Shown here: one piece after another, positions 24,174 to 33,034 of the stretch
Layout of the letters: each line of letters opens with the position of its first letter
How positions within the stretch are numbered: the first letter of the stretch is position 1
NCBI GenBank assembly: GCA_024763085.1
Contig: JANTGE010000001.1
Coordinates: 1-44,396, forward strand
Direction: 5' to 3'
DNA length: 44,396 nucleotides
Origin: Acidimicrobiia bacterium
Lineage (GTDB): Bacteria; Actinomycetota; Acidimicrobiia; Spongiisociales; UBA4744
The notes under the pieces: generated by a model
The model's input: the letters and a program-made list of their open reading frames with translations, nothing else
Told to the model about the DNA's origin: nothing
Database searches by the model: none
Made by a program: the position numbers and the translations under genes

Positions 24174-25538
24174 TCAGTCCTCCCTTTCGAGAATGCTGAC
24201 GGTCACGTAGGTACCGGTGCCGGCGTGGGAGTGAATGGCTCCCCGTTTGGCGTCGGACACCTGCAGAGTCTCATCGCCGAAGTGCTCACCGATCGTCCCC
24301 TGGAGCTGCCAGATGGCGAACACACCCTGCATCAGCCCGGTCGCGCCGACTGGATGGCCGCAAGCGATGAGGCCGCCCGACGGGTTCACCGGCGTCACCG
24401 GAGCCTCCGGCAGGTCGAGCCCGTAGTCGACGTTCGGCATGAACGCCTTCCCCGAGGCCGCGAAGTCGCCGCCTTCGCCATACCGGCACAGGCCCAGGTC
24501 CTCATAGGTCTGAATCTCCGACGAGGTGTAGGCGTCGTGGAGTTCGACGAAGTCCAATTCCGTCATGGGATCATCGATGCCGGCATGCTTGTACGCCATG
24601 TTGCCGGCGGATCGCCCTGCTCGGAACGAGTGCACTCCCGGGTAGCGGGTGCCGCGCTCCCAGAGCGACTTGTAGTACGCCCGCGTGTCGTCCGACGACT
24701 TCTCCTGCTCGGTTGCGTAGTCGCGCATGAAGGTGTCGTAGTCGACATGCGGACGGTCCGCCATCCGCATCGCGTCGGTGCCCCGACCGATGCCGGACAC
24801 CTTGACCAGGGGGCGCTTGATCTGTGCCCCTGCCGCTTCGAGCTTCTTCAGCCCTTCTTCGGATACCAGGATCGTCGCTGCAGCCCCGTCCGACATGACG
24901 CAGATGTCGAGCCTCGTGAGCGGCCAGGCCACCATCGGTGCGTTCCGAACGTCCTCGATGGTGTACCGGTTGCGCTTCTGCGCATAGGGGTTGTGATAGG
25001 CGTTGCGGTGGTTCTTCACCGACACCGCTGCCATCTGCTCGACCGTGGTGCCGAACTCTTTCATGTGTCGAGTCACCATCATGGCGTAGTAGCCCGAATA
25101 GAACCCACCGACCGGATAGTCCCACGACACGTCTGACGCCAGCGCGATGAACTCGTTGCCCTTCCAAGTCTCGACGTGGCTCATCGTTTCGAATCCGTAC
25201 ACCACGCAGACGTCCATGTGGCCGGAGGCCACGTTCTTCCATCCCTCTTGGAAGCTCAGCCCTCCGGTCGCTCCCCCGCCTTCCACCCGATGACTCGGCT
25301 TCGGTACCAGACCGAGGTAGTCCTGGGCCATGATGCCGGCCATCAGCTGGCGGCTGAAGTGATCCGAGAAGTAGGAGGCGACAGAGCCGTCGACCACCTT
25401 CGTGAACGTTGGAAAGTCCAGTCCTATGTCGGCGATCGCGGCGTCGTAGGCCTCTTTGATCACCGCCTGGAACGTCTTATCCGGACGCGCCTTGGCGAAC
25501 TTGGACACCCCGCCGGATATGGCGTATACGGTGCGCAT
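24174..25538 (-). CDS. thiolase-fold (SCP-x/Ltp-like) protein
   Basis: ORF 24174..25595 is trimmed to Met20 (MRTVYAISGGVSKF), with SD GAAAGGA upstream. Contains SDGAAA and NPSGGLIACGHPVGATG blocks. The expected CA(S/T)G nucleophile site reads GGGATGG. Confidence 0.85.
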   Translation of the reverse strand: MRTVYAISGGVSKFAKARPDKTFQAVIKEAYDAAIADIGLDFPTFTKVVDGSVASYFSDHFSRQLMAGIMAQDYLGLVPKPSHRVEGGGATGGLSFQEGWKNVASGHMDVCVVYGFETMSHVETWKGNEFIALASDVSWDYPVGGFYSGYYAMMVTRHMKEFGTTVEQMAAVSVKNHRNAYHNPYAQKRNRYTIEDVRNAPMVAWPLTRLDICVMSDGAAATILVSEEGLKKLEAAGAQIKRPLVKVSGIGRGTDAMRMADRPHVDYDTFMRDYATEQEKSSDDTRAYYKSLWERGTRYPGVHSFRAGRSAGNMAYKHAGIDDPMTELDFVELHDAYTSSEIQTYEDLGLCRYGEGGDFAASGKAFMPNVDYGLDLPEAPVTPVNPSGGLIACGHPVGATGLMQGVFAIWQLQGTIGEHFGDETLQVSDAKRGAIHSHAGTGTYVTVSILERED

Positions 25539-25566
25539 TCGGGTCCTTTCTTCGACCGAGGCGATC

Positions 25567-26880
25567 CTAACGTCCCTCGCGCCCCCGCTGCACAACTCGG
25601 ATAGGAGTTCCGACGAAATCTTCGGTCTCTCTCAGCCTGCGCTCCAAGAATCGGAGGTAGTCAGGACCAAGCTCCCCTCCCCCGACGAACAGCACCACGG
25701 TGGGGGGCTCCGCTCCTGCCTGTACGGCGTAGAGGATGCGCGGCCGGCGGCCCTTGCGTACCGGCGGAGGATGCTCCGACTGCCAGGACCGGATGAGTTT
25801 GTTCAACCGGCCTGTGGGGATCCTGCGACGACGGTTCTCCAGCACCACGTCGAGTGCCGGGGCGAGGCGATGCAGGCGTGCACCGGTGAGCGCCGAGATG
25901 CGCAACACGGGTGCCCATCCGACAAACCCAAGCCTCCGACCGAGGTCCTCGGTGATCTGCTCTCGAAGCTCGAGATCGGCTGCGTCCCACTTGTTCAGCA
26001 GAATGACGAGACCCGAGCCGCTCTCCACCACCTCTTCGGCAAGGCGCTGGTCCTGCTGCACGACGCCGTCGAACGGGTCGAGGATCAGCAAGGCGACATC
26101 GGCATCCCTGAGCGCTTCTCGTGCCCGCAGCACCGAGTAATAGTCGGCCGCCTCTTTCACCTTCGCCGCCCGGCGGATCCCGGCCGTGTCGACGACACGA
26201 AACGGGCGACCGTCGAGATCGACGAGCGTGTCGATGGGATCCCTCGTCGTACCGGGTGTCGGCGACACCAACACCCGCTCTTCACCGGCGAGCCGGTTGA
26301 GGAGTGTCGACTTACCGACGTTCGGCCGCCCGATGATCGCCAGCGTCGGCACGTCGCTTTCGGCCGGTGCCTCCTGTTCAGGAAGCGCCGAAACGACATC
26401 GTCGAGCAGGTCTCCGATTCCACGCCCGTGAATCGCACTCACCGGGTGTGGATGACCCAGCCCGAGTTTCCACAGTTCGTGGACCGTGTCTTCGTGGGGA
26501 GCGTCGTCGATCTTGTTTGCGACCAGCAGCACCCTGCCTGGTGCACGGCGAAGCAGTTTGACGACCTCGGCATCTTCTTCGGAGACGCCGGTGGTGGCGT
26601 CGACGACGAACAGCACCACGTCGGCGGCGGACATCGCCGCCTCGGCCTGTTCGGAGATGGCCTGGACGAGTTCCTCGCCCGGACGGGTCTCCCATCCTCC
26701 GGTGTCGACGAGGAGGAATGGCCGGCCGGTCCACTCGGCTTCGAACTCTCGACGGTCCCGGGTCACCCCGGGACGTTCCTCCACGACCGCGGCACGACGA
26801 CCGAGGATTCGGTTGACCAGGCTGGACTTGCCGACGTTGGGCCGGCCGACCACAGCGACGACGGGAAGTGGAGCGGACAT
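25567..26880 (-). CDS. der: ribosome biogenesis GTPase Der (EngA)
   Basis: Two tandem GTPase domains (GRPNVGKSSL ... GRPNVGKSTL, DTGG/DTAG, NKxD) plus a KH-like C-terminus. Confidence 0.95.
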   Translation of the reverse strand: MSAPLPVVAVVGRPNVGKSSLVNRILGRRAAVVEERPGVTRDRREFEAEWTGRPFLLVDTGGWETRPGEELVQAISEQAEAAMSAADVVLFVVDATTGVSEEDAEVVKLLRRAPGRVLLVANKIDDAPHEDTVHELWKLGLGHPHPVSAIHGRGIGDLLDDVVSALPEQEAPAESDVPTLAIIGRPNVGKSTLLNRLAGEERVLVSPTPGTTRDPIDTLVDLDGRPFRVVDTAGIRRAAKVKEAADYYSVLRAREALRDADVALLILDPFDGVVQQDQRLAEEVVESGSGLVILLNKWDAADLELREQITEDLGRRLGFVGWAPVLRISALTGARLHRLAPALDVVLENRRRRIPTGRLNKLIRSWQSEHPPPVRKGRRPRILYAVQAGAEPPTVVLFVGGGELGPDYLRFLERRLRETEDFVGTPIRVVQRGREGR

Positions 26881-26886
26881 GCCGCC

Positions 26887-26892
26887 AGCTTA
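26887..26892 (-). promoter_or_regulatory. putative -10 hexamer TAAGCT, 6 nt upstream of the der ATG (leaderless geometry)
   Basis: Minus sense reads TAAGCT-GGCGGC-ATG. Confidence 0.35.
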
Positions 26893-26987
26893 GGAGCCTG
26901 TCGGACATTGGAAGGCTAATGGTGGACGTGCCGCCCTGCCGTGTGTTCCTGTAGCGACAGGGACCCGACCTTACGGCGGGCCTCGCC

Positions 26988-26993
26988 TAACCT
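26988..26993 (+). promoter_or_regulatory. putative -10 hexamer TAACCT, 6 nt upstream of the ispH ATG (leaderless geometry)
   Basis: Plus strand reads TAACCT-GATGGC-ATG(27000). Confidence 0.35.
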
Positions 26994-26999
26994 GATGGC

Positions 27000-28046
27000 A
27001 TGGTCGATCGAGTGTTGGTGGCGGAGCCACGCGGGTTCTGTGCCGGAGTCGAAATGGCGATCAAGGCGCTCACCTGGATGGTGCGGGTCTTCGAGCCGCC
27101 GGTGTACTGCTACCACGAGATCGTGCACAACGAGTGGGTGGTCCGAGCGTTCGAACAGGTGGGCGTGGTGTTCGTCAACGATATTTCGGAGGTTCCTGAG
27201 GGCGCCCCTGTCATGCTGTCCGCCCACGGGTCGGCACCCGAGGTGGTTGCTGCCGCCAGAGATCGTGCCGCGGTGGTCATCGACGCCGTCTGTCCGCTCG
27301 TCACCAAGGTTCATCACGAGGTCAAACGCATGGCCGACCGCGACTACGACATCCTCTACGTCGGACACCACGGGCACGACGAGGCGATCGGAACCGTCGC
27401 CGAAGCCCCGGATCACATCCGCCTCGTCGAGCCTGATGACAGCCTTGCCGAATTCACGCCCGGTGATCCTGGCCGGGTGGCGTTGCTCGCGCAGACCACG
27501 CTCGGGATGCACGAGTGGGAAGCCGTGCTCGAGCACGCCCGCGCTCGCTTCCCCGGGATAGCCACGGCTCGCAAGTCGGACCTTTGCTATGCAACGACGA
27601 ACCGGCAAGAGGCGGTTCGTCGCCTCGCCGAGCAGGCCGACCTCATCCTGGTCGTCGGGTCAGAGACTTCATCGAACACTCGCGCCTTGGTGCGGGTGGC
27701 GAGCCGGGCCGGAGCCACGGCGCATCGGATCGACACCGCGGCCGAAATCGACCCCGGGTGGCTCGACGAAGCCTCGGTGGTTGGGGTGACCGCGGGCGCT
27801 TCGGCCCCCGACCATCTCGTGTGGGAGGTCGTGGAACGACTCGCTCCGTCGGAGGGCTTCGAGCTGGTCTCGGTCACCGACGAGGCAGAGTACTTCCCCC
27901 TGCCACCCGAGCTCCGTGGGTTCCTGTCGGCGTTGCAGCTCGCCGTCGAAGCCGGATTCTGCGTCAAGACCCCGGGAAACCGCGGTCCGGTACAAGATGA
28001 TCGCTCATGGACGGCGACCCGGGCGCTGGAGCTCATCCACCCCTGA
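27000..28046 (+). CDS. ispH: 4-hydroxy-3-methylbut-2-enyl diphosphate reductase
   Basis: Contains PRGFCAGVEMAI, YHEIVHN, AVCPLVTKVH and CYATTNRQ, with the three cluster Cys in the expected places. Confidence 0.95.
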   Translation: MVDRVLVAEPRGFCAGVEMAIKALTWMVRVFEPPVYCYHEIVHNEWVVRAFEQVGVVFVNDISEVPEGAPVMLSAHGSAPEVVAAARDRAAVVIDAVCPLVTKVHHEVKRMADRDYDILYVGHHGHDEAIGTVAEAPDHIRLVEPDDSLAEFTPGDPGRVALLAQTTLGMHEWEAVLEHARARFPGIATARKSDLCYATTNRQEAVRRLAEQADLILVVGSETSSNTRALVRVASRAGATAHRIDTAAEIDPGWLDEASVVGVTAGASAPDHLVWEVVERLAPSEGFELVSVTDEAEYFPLPPELRGFLSALQLAVEAGFCVKTPGNRGPVQDDRSWTATRALELIHP

Positions 28047-29883
28047 CGAGTTCGACGATGCGGTCCACCACCGCCTCGGCCGGCATATCAGACGTGTCGA
28101 TGGTGATGGCATCCTCCGCCGGGCGTAGTGGAGACACGGCCCGCGCCGAATCCATCTGGTCCCGGCGCTGCAGCTGCTCCGCGACGCCGGCCTCCGCCTC
28201 CGCCCGTTCTCTCGCCCGACGCGCCGCCCTCACCTCGGGTCGTGCGGTCAAGAACACCTTGACATCCGCATCAGGGAAAACCACGGTGCCGATGTCCCTT
28301 CCTTCGACGACCGCGTTGCCGCCGTGGGTTGTCACCCACGCTCGCTGTGCGTCGACCATCACCCTTCGCACGTCCGGATCTGCCGACACCGCCGATACCA
28401 GCGCGTCGACCTGTGGTGACCGGATGGCTTCGGTGACGTCTTCACCGTTCAGATACATGTGCCCGTCTCGATAGTCCAGATCGAGTGACCTGGCCAGATC
28501 GCCGAAGCGGGTGTGTGCCCCCGATCTCAACGCGGCCAGGGTGGCGGCCCGGTAGAACGCGCCGGTGTCGAGATGTGACCAGCCGAGACGTCGCGCCACC
28601 TCGCGAGCGACGGTCGTCTTGCCGGAGCCTCCCGGGCCATCGATAGCCACCACACCCATGTCGGCGGCAACCCTAGCCCACCCCGGTGGCGCCACCGGCG
28701 CCAGGTCTGAAAAGAACGTCGGCCACGACTTGGCCACGTGAGCGGCTCCTCGAATCCTCACTCCCCGTTTCGCCATGGCGGCGACGCCACCGGCCATCGC
28801 AATTCGATGATCGGCGAACACTTCCACGGTGCCGCCGCCACGTTTCGCTCTCGGCCGCACGACCAGCACTCCACCGACCACCTCTGCGTCTGCGCCCAAA
28901 ACGGCGGCAAGAGCCGCGACGGAAGCGAAACGGTCGCTCTCCTTACTCCCCCAAGCTCCTGGCCGAATGCGGCTCGGACCGTCGGCGAACGCAGCGGCAA
29001 CGGCGACCGCTATGGCCCCATCAGGGGCTCCGGAGAGATCTACGTCGATGCCGATCAACGGCCTGCCCCCGACTACCCGGACACCATCCGGTTCCCATGC
29101 CATGGGGACTCCCATCTCTGCGAGCGCATCGAAGGCAGCCAGGTCGGGTTGGGGAATTGTCCGGGTCAGTCCCGGGATCGCCACTTCGCGGCCGGTCAGC
29201 GCCGCGGCAAGCGCCACGAACACCGCCGAGGACGCATCGGGTACCACCGCGGCATCATTCGCCAGATACCCGCCCGGCGCCACCAGCAGCCGGTCTCCTT
29301 CGAGTTCCGCCGAGGCGCCGAACATCGACATAACCGACAGCGTGAGCTCCACGTATGGCTTCGAGACGAGTCGGGTCCAGGCGAGGTCGAGACCTTCCCG
29401 CAGCATCGGACCGATCAGTGCCAGGGCGGACACGTACTGGCTCGTCTCTCCTGCATCGACGAGCAACGCCCCTCCTTGCGTCACCGGACCGCGAATCGTT
29501 GCCGGGAGCCGGTCTCCATCGATGGTCGCGCCGAGTGCACGCAACGCGTTGAAGAGCCCTCCCATCGGCCTACGCCGCATCTGAGCACTTCCGTCGATCT
29601 CGACCGGTTCACGGGCGAGGGCGGCTACCGCGGAGAGCAGACGGGCAGTGGTGCCGGACGAGCCGACGTGCAGGGAGCCCCCGGACACCGCTCCGTGCCC
29701 TTCAACCGTGACCGTGGTTCCGCCTCGGATCGGAACTCCCAGCGTGCGCAGCCCTTCGATGGTTGCCCGGGTGTCGTCGGCAACCAGTACATTGCCGAGC
29801 GTGCTGACCCCCTCCGCCAAGGCTGCAGCCACCAGTACACGATGGGTCATACTCTTTGACCCCGGAACCCGAATCAGGATCAC
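28033..29883 (-). CDS. aroA/cmk: fusion protein: 3-phosphoshikimate 1-carboxyvinyltransferase / cytidylate kinase
   Basis: One uninterrupted ORF. The AroA part contains VPGSKSMTHR, GSSGTTARL, MRRRPMGGL, SKESDR and ADHRIAM. The Cmk part follows with VVAIDGPGGSGKTTVAREVARRLGW..LDTGAFYR. The start is placed at GTG 29883, which forms a GTGA overlap with the rluB stop. The track start 30021 lies inside rluB and is Arg/Pro-rich. Confidence 0.88.
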   Translation of the reverse strand: MILIRVPGSKSMTHRVLVAAALAEGVSTLGNVLVADDTRATIEGLRTLGVPIRGGTTVTVEGHGAVSGGSLHVGSSGTTARLLSAVAALAREPVEIDGSAQMRRRPMGGLFNALRALGATIDGDRLPATIRGPVTQGGALLVDAGETSQYVSALALIGPMLREGLDLAWTRLVSKPYVELTLSVMSMFGASAELEGDRLLVAPGGYLANDAAVVPDASSAVFVALAAALTGREVAIPGLTRTIPQPDLAAFDALAEMGVPMAWEPDGVRVVGGRPLIGIDVDLSGAPDGAIAVAVAAAFADGPSRIRPGAWGSKESDRFASVAALAAVLGADAEVVGGVLVVRPRAKRGGGTVEVFADHRIAMAGGVAAMAKRGVRIRGAAHVAKSWPTFFSDLAPVAPPGWARVAADMGVVAIDGPGGSGKTTVAREVARRLGWSHLDTGAFYRAATLAALRSGAHTRFGDLARSLDLDYRDGHMYLNGEDVTEAIRSPQVDALVSAVSADPDVRRVMVDAQRAWVTTHGGNAVVEGRDIGTVVFPDADVKVFLTARPEVRAARRARERAEAEAGVAEQLQRRDQMDSARAVSPLRPAEDAITIDTSDMPAEAVVDRIVELVRGG

Positions 29884-30596
29884 CGGCCGGCCGCCTGGTA
29901 GAGGGAGCGGACTTCGGCTACGGAGAGTCGGCGAGCCTTGCCAGGCTTCAGCGTCCGGTCCTGGAGCGGTCCGATCGCGGTTCTGACGAGCCGGTCGACC
30001 GTCCATCCGACGGCGGCACACATGCGCCGCACCTCCCGGTTCCTGCCTTCGGTCATCACGACCTCGATGAGCGCTCGGCCTTTGGTTCTATCGAGAACCC
30101 GCACCCGTTTGGGTTTCGCCAACCCGTCCTCCAAGGCGACACCGCGTCGAAGGGTGCGCACCGCCGCATCTGAGACGTTTCCGTGAACCGACACGACGTA
30201 GGTCTTCGGAACCTGATACCGGGGATGCGTGAGCAGCTCCGTCAGCTCACCGTCGTTCGACACGAGGATGAGCCCCTCGGAGTCGGCATCGAGGCGCCCG
30301 ACCGGATAGAGCCGTTCGGCGGCATCGACGAGGTCCACGACCGTTGGCCGACCTTGAGGATCCGACGCGGTGCTGACCACTCCGGGCGGCTTGTTGACCA
30401 GGTAGGTCACGACCCCCGGAGCGACCGGAAGCGGCACGCCGTCGATCTCTACGCGAGCGCTCACCGGGTCGATCTTCTGGCCCAGGTGTGCCGGCCGACC
30501 ATCGACCGTCACCCGACCCTCTTTGATCAGCTCCTCGGCTCCCCGCCTCGAGGCCATCCCGGCATGGGCGATGAGCTTCTGCAGGCGTTCTTTCAT
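29880..30596 (-). CDS. rluB: pseudouridine synthase, RsuA/RluB family
   Basis: ORF 29880..30968 is trimmed to MKERLQKLIAHAGMASRRGAEELI (S4 domain). The catalytic GRLDADSEGL motif is present. An ATGA overlap with the scpB stop occurs. Confidence 0.9.
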   Translation of the reverse strand: MKERLQKLIAHAGMASRRGAEELIKEGRVTVDGRPAHLGQKIDPVSARVEIDGVPLPVAPGVVTYLVNKPPGVVSTASDPQGRPTVVDLVDAAERLYPVGRLDADSEGLILVSNDGELTELLTHPRYQVPKTYVVSVHGNVSDAAVRTLRRGVALEDGLAKPKRVRVLDRTKGRALIEVVMTEGRNREVRRMCAAVGWTVDRLVRTAIGPLQDRTLKPGKARRLSVAEVRSLYQAAGR

Positions 30597-31141
30597 TCGT
30601 CGCGAAAGGTGTCCTCGAGGCTCTCCATCACCTCGGAGGGGGGAACGTGATCCGCCAGTGGCGGCAGCTCGTCGAGCGCGTTGATGCCGAGCTTTTCGAG
30701 AAACAGTGTCGTGGTGCCATACATCGCCGGGTTGCCGGGGACCGGAAGTCGGCCCTTTTCTTCGATCAGCCCTCTCCGTTCGAGCGTTCTCAGCGCCGAC
30801 CCGGAGTCCACCCCCCTGATCTCGCCCACCTGTCCTCGGGACACGGGCTGCTGGTAGGCGACGATCGCGAGAACCTCCAACGCCGCTCTCGACAGGCTCT
30901 TCGCGGAGGTGGTGGTGGTGAAGCGCTCCAGATAGGGATGGGTGTCCGGATGGGTGTAGAGACGCCAACCTCCCCCAACCTGTCTCAGCACCAGGCCGGA
31001 GCCCTCCAACCGATCCGAGAGCGCATCAAGGTCCTCCCTGACCGACGACACCGGCTCTTCGAGCACTTCGGCGAGTTCCTCGATGGGAACCGGTTCTTCG
31101 GCCACGAAGAGGATCGCTTCGATGATCGCTGCCGTGTTCAT
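30593..31141 (-). CDS. scpB: SMC-Scp complex subunit ScpB
   Basis: Contains IIEAILFVAEEPVPIEELAEVL and two winged-helix repeats. ATG 31141 gives an ATGA overlap with the scpA stop; alternative GTG 31147. Confidence 0.9.
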   Translation of the reverse strand: MNTAAIIEAILFVAEEPVPIEELAEVLEEPVSSVREDLDALSDRLEGSGLVLRQVGGGWRLYTHPDTHPYLERFTTTTSAKSLSRAALEVLAIVAYQQPVSRGQVGEIRGVDSGSALRTLERRGLIEEKGRLPVPGNPAMYGTTTLFLEKLGINALDELPPLADHVPPSEVMESLEDTFRDE

Positions 31142-31905
31142 CTCCACTCCGTCTCGAACGTCGGATCGGGGACGCCGGTGGGCCGTACCTGAATTCGCCC
31201 AAGCCAGGAGTCTTGCGACACTTCGACGATCCCCCAGCGGGCCAACTCCAAGAGTGCGAGGAAGTAGGCGACCACTTCGGCCGGACGCTCGGCATCGGCA
31301 ACCAGCGTGTCGAAGTCGGCAACTGCCGCTTCTGAGACTCTGCTCCGCAGGTCCGCAATGGCGTCGGCCACCGACGGCAGGTCGAGATCAAGATGGTCGA
31401 GGTCGGGTTCAGCCAGCCGCCGGTCGAACACCTTCGAAGCGATTCGTGCCAGCTCGTCGGCGGTGACGTCGAGGGAGACCGGGATAGGTCGGTCGGGGAA
31501 CAGGACATCGATGCCTGCGGTCCGGGGCACGAAGCGTTCGCCCGGCTCCATCCGATGAGCCAGCACCGCGGCGACATCTTTGAACGTAACGCACGCGAGG
31601 AGACGCGAGAGGAGGCGGTCTCGCTCTTCCATCAGCTCGAGTTCTTCGTCCAGGTCGAGATCGCTCGAGTTCGGAAGCAGATGTCGCGCCTTCAGCTGGA
31701 TCAGCGTGGAGGCGATGAGGACGAACTCAGACGTGACCTCCAGGTCGAGACGCTCCATCTCTCCGAGGAACATGAGGTATTCGTCGACGAGGTCGATGAG
31801 ACTGATCTCGGTGATCTCGACCTGCCGCCTCGTGATGAGCTGGAGCAGCAGGTCGAGGGGTCCTTCGAAGACAGCGGTCTTGACCTCGTACGTCACAGGC
31901 TTCAT
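31138..31905 (-). CDS. scpA: segregation and condensation protein A
   Basis: Contains VFEGPLDLLLQLITRRQVEITEISLIDLVDEYL, the ScpA signature. Confidence 0.9.
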   Translation of the reverse strand: MKPVTYEVKTAVFEGPLDLLLQLITRRQVEITEISLIDLVDEYLMFLGEMERLDLEVTSEFVLIASTLIQLKARHLLPNSSDLDLDEELELMEERDRLLSRLLACVTFKDVAAVLAHRMEPGERFVPRTAGIDVLFPDRPIPVSLDVTADELARIASKVFDRRLAEPDLDHLDLDLPSVADAIADLRSRVSEAAVADFDTLVADAERPAEVVAYFLALLELARWGIVEVSQDSWLGRIQVRPTGVPDPTFETEWR

Positions 31906-32420
31906 CGTATTGCGTCCCCGGGGATCTCCGGCGTCTTTTGGTCCGACGCCTCCAACACGGCCCAGTCCTCCTCTGGTACCGCTGCCGGGCGCCGTCGATG
32001 ATGGTGTCGCGCGAACGCAACCACCGTCGCCTCGCAGCCTGCCTGCTCGAGCGCGTCGGCTCCCAGGTCGTCATGACGCAGGTACTGGGACCAACTCTTC
32101 GGCATCGGCATTCGGAGCTTGTGGCAGATCGACGCCGCCACCCGGCCGATCACGCCGAGTGGCGCCAGACCCTTGCCAACGTCATGGAGGAGCGCCGCCC
32201 TGATCAGGTCGGTACGGGCCGGCGCGATGCCGGCAACGCGCTGTGCCGCCTCGAAGGCATGGCGTTGATCGACGTCGGCCTGGCCGAAGAACAAGGCCTG
32301 CTCCACGTCCGAGCGCAGGAGCTCTCGGACGCGGGACGCCTCGGCGGGACCAAGTGGCATCGCTCGCAAGGTTTCCCAGAATCGAGCGGCGAGGTGGCGC
32401 CATGATCCCAGGCGTCTCAT
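31902..32420 (-). CDS. HD domain-containing protein
   Basis: ORF 31902..32969 is trimmed to MRRLGSWRHLAARFWE (ATGA overlap with the upstream stop). Contains QRHAFEAA...ALLHDVGK (H..HD). Confidence 0.75.
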   Translation of the reverse strand: MRRLGSWRHLAARFWETLRAMPLGPAEASRVRELLRSDVEQALFFGQADVDQRHAFEAAQRVAGIAPARTDLIRAALLHDVGKGLAPLGVIGRVAASICHKLRMPMPKSWSQYLRHDDLGADALEQAGCEATVVAFARHHHRRRPAAVPEEDWAVLEASDQKTPEIPGDAIR

Positions 32421-33034
32421 AGGCCTACGACCCCCCGCAGCCAGTCCATCGGCGTTCGGAAGACGACCGACAGTCCGGGCACCAGGATGAGGGCGAAGAC
32501 GGCCAGCATGCCGTATGGCTCTACGCGGGCAAGGACGCGCCTGCCGGCGGCTCCCACGAACGGGCCGATGACCCGGCTGCCGTCGAGCGGCGGGATCGGG
32601 AGCAGGTTGAAAACGGCGAGGACGACGTTCACGATGCCGAGTGCCCACACCGCCGTCACCGCCCATACCACCGCGGCGGTGGCGGTGGCACCATCGAACT
32701 GCGGCAGGATGATCCGTCCGGCCACGAATGCCAACGCGAGGTTGACGGCGGGACCCGCCAAGCCGACGAGCGCCATTCCCTTCACGGGGTCCCGGAGCCG
32801 ATCGGCTCGAACCGGCACTGGTTTTGCCCAGCCGAGTACCGGAGCTCCTGTGAAGGCGAGCACGGCAGGGATGATGATCGTGCCCCACAGGTCGATGTGC
32901 GGCAGCGGGTTGAGGGTGATCCGGCCCGCCTCTCTTGCCGTGGGATCTCCGAGTTTCTCGGCTATCCATCCGTGCGCAACCTCGTGAAGGATTACCGAGG
33001 GGATCAGCACGACGATGAAGACGAGCGGAGTCAA
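32417..33034 (-). CDS. site-2 protease family (M50) membrane metalloprotease
   Basis: HEVAHGW (HExxH) lies in the first TM helix, with NPLPHIDLWG and a multi-TM body. The start is placed at TTG 33034, a TTGA overlap with the upstream stop. Confidence 0.8.
   Translation of the reverse strand: MTPLVFIVVLIPSVILHEVAHGWIAEKLGDPTAREAGRITLNPLPHIDLWGTIIIPAVLAFTGAPVLGWAKPVPVRADRLRDPVKGMALVGLAGPAVNLALAFVAGRIILPQFDGATATAAVVWAVTAVWALGIVNVVLAVFNLLPIPPLDGSRVIGPFVGAAGRRVLARVEPYGMLAVFALILVPGLSVVFRTPMDWLRGVVGL

Noticed and set aside
26916-27608. 230-aa minus-strand ORF
   Set aside because: It is antisense to ispH, which carries all the diagnostic IspH motifs. No family signature is present, and it is rich in His/Arg/Asp off-frame composition.
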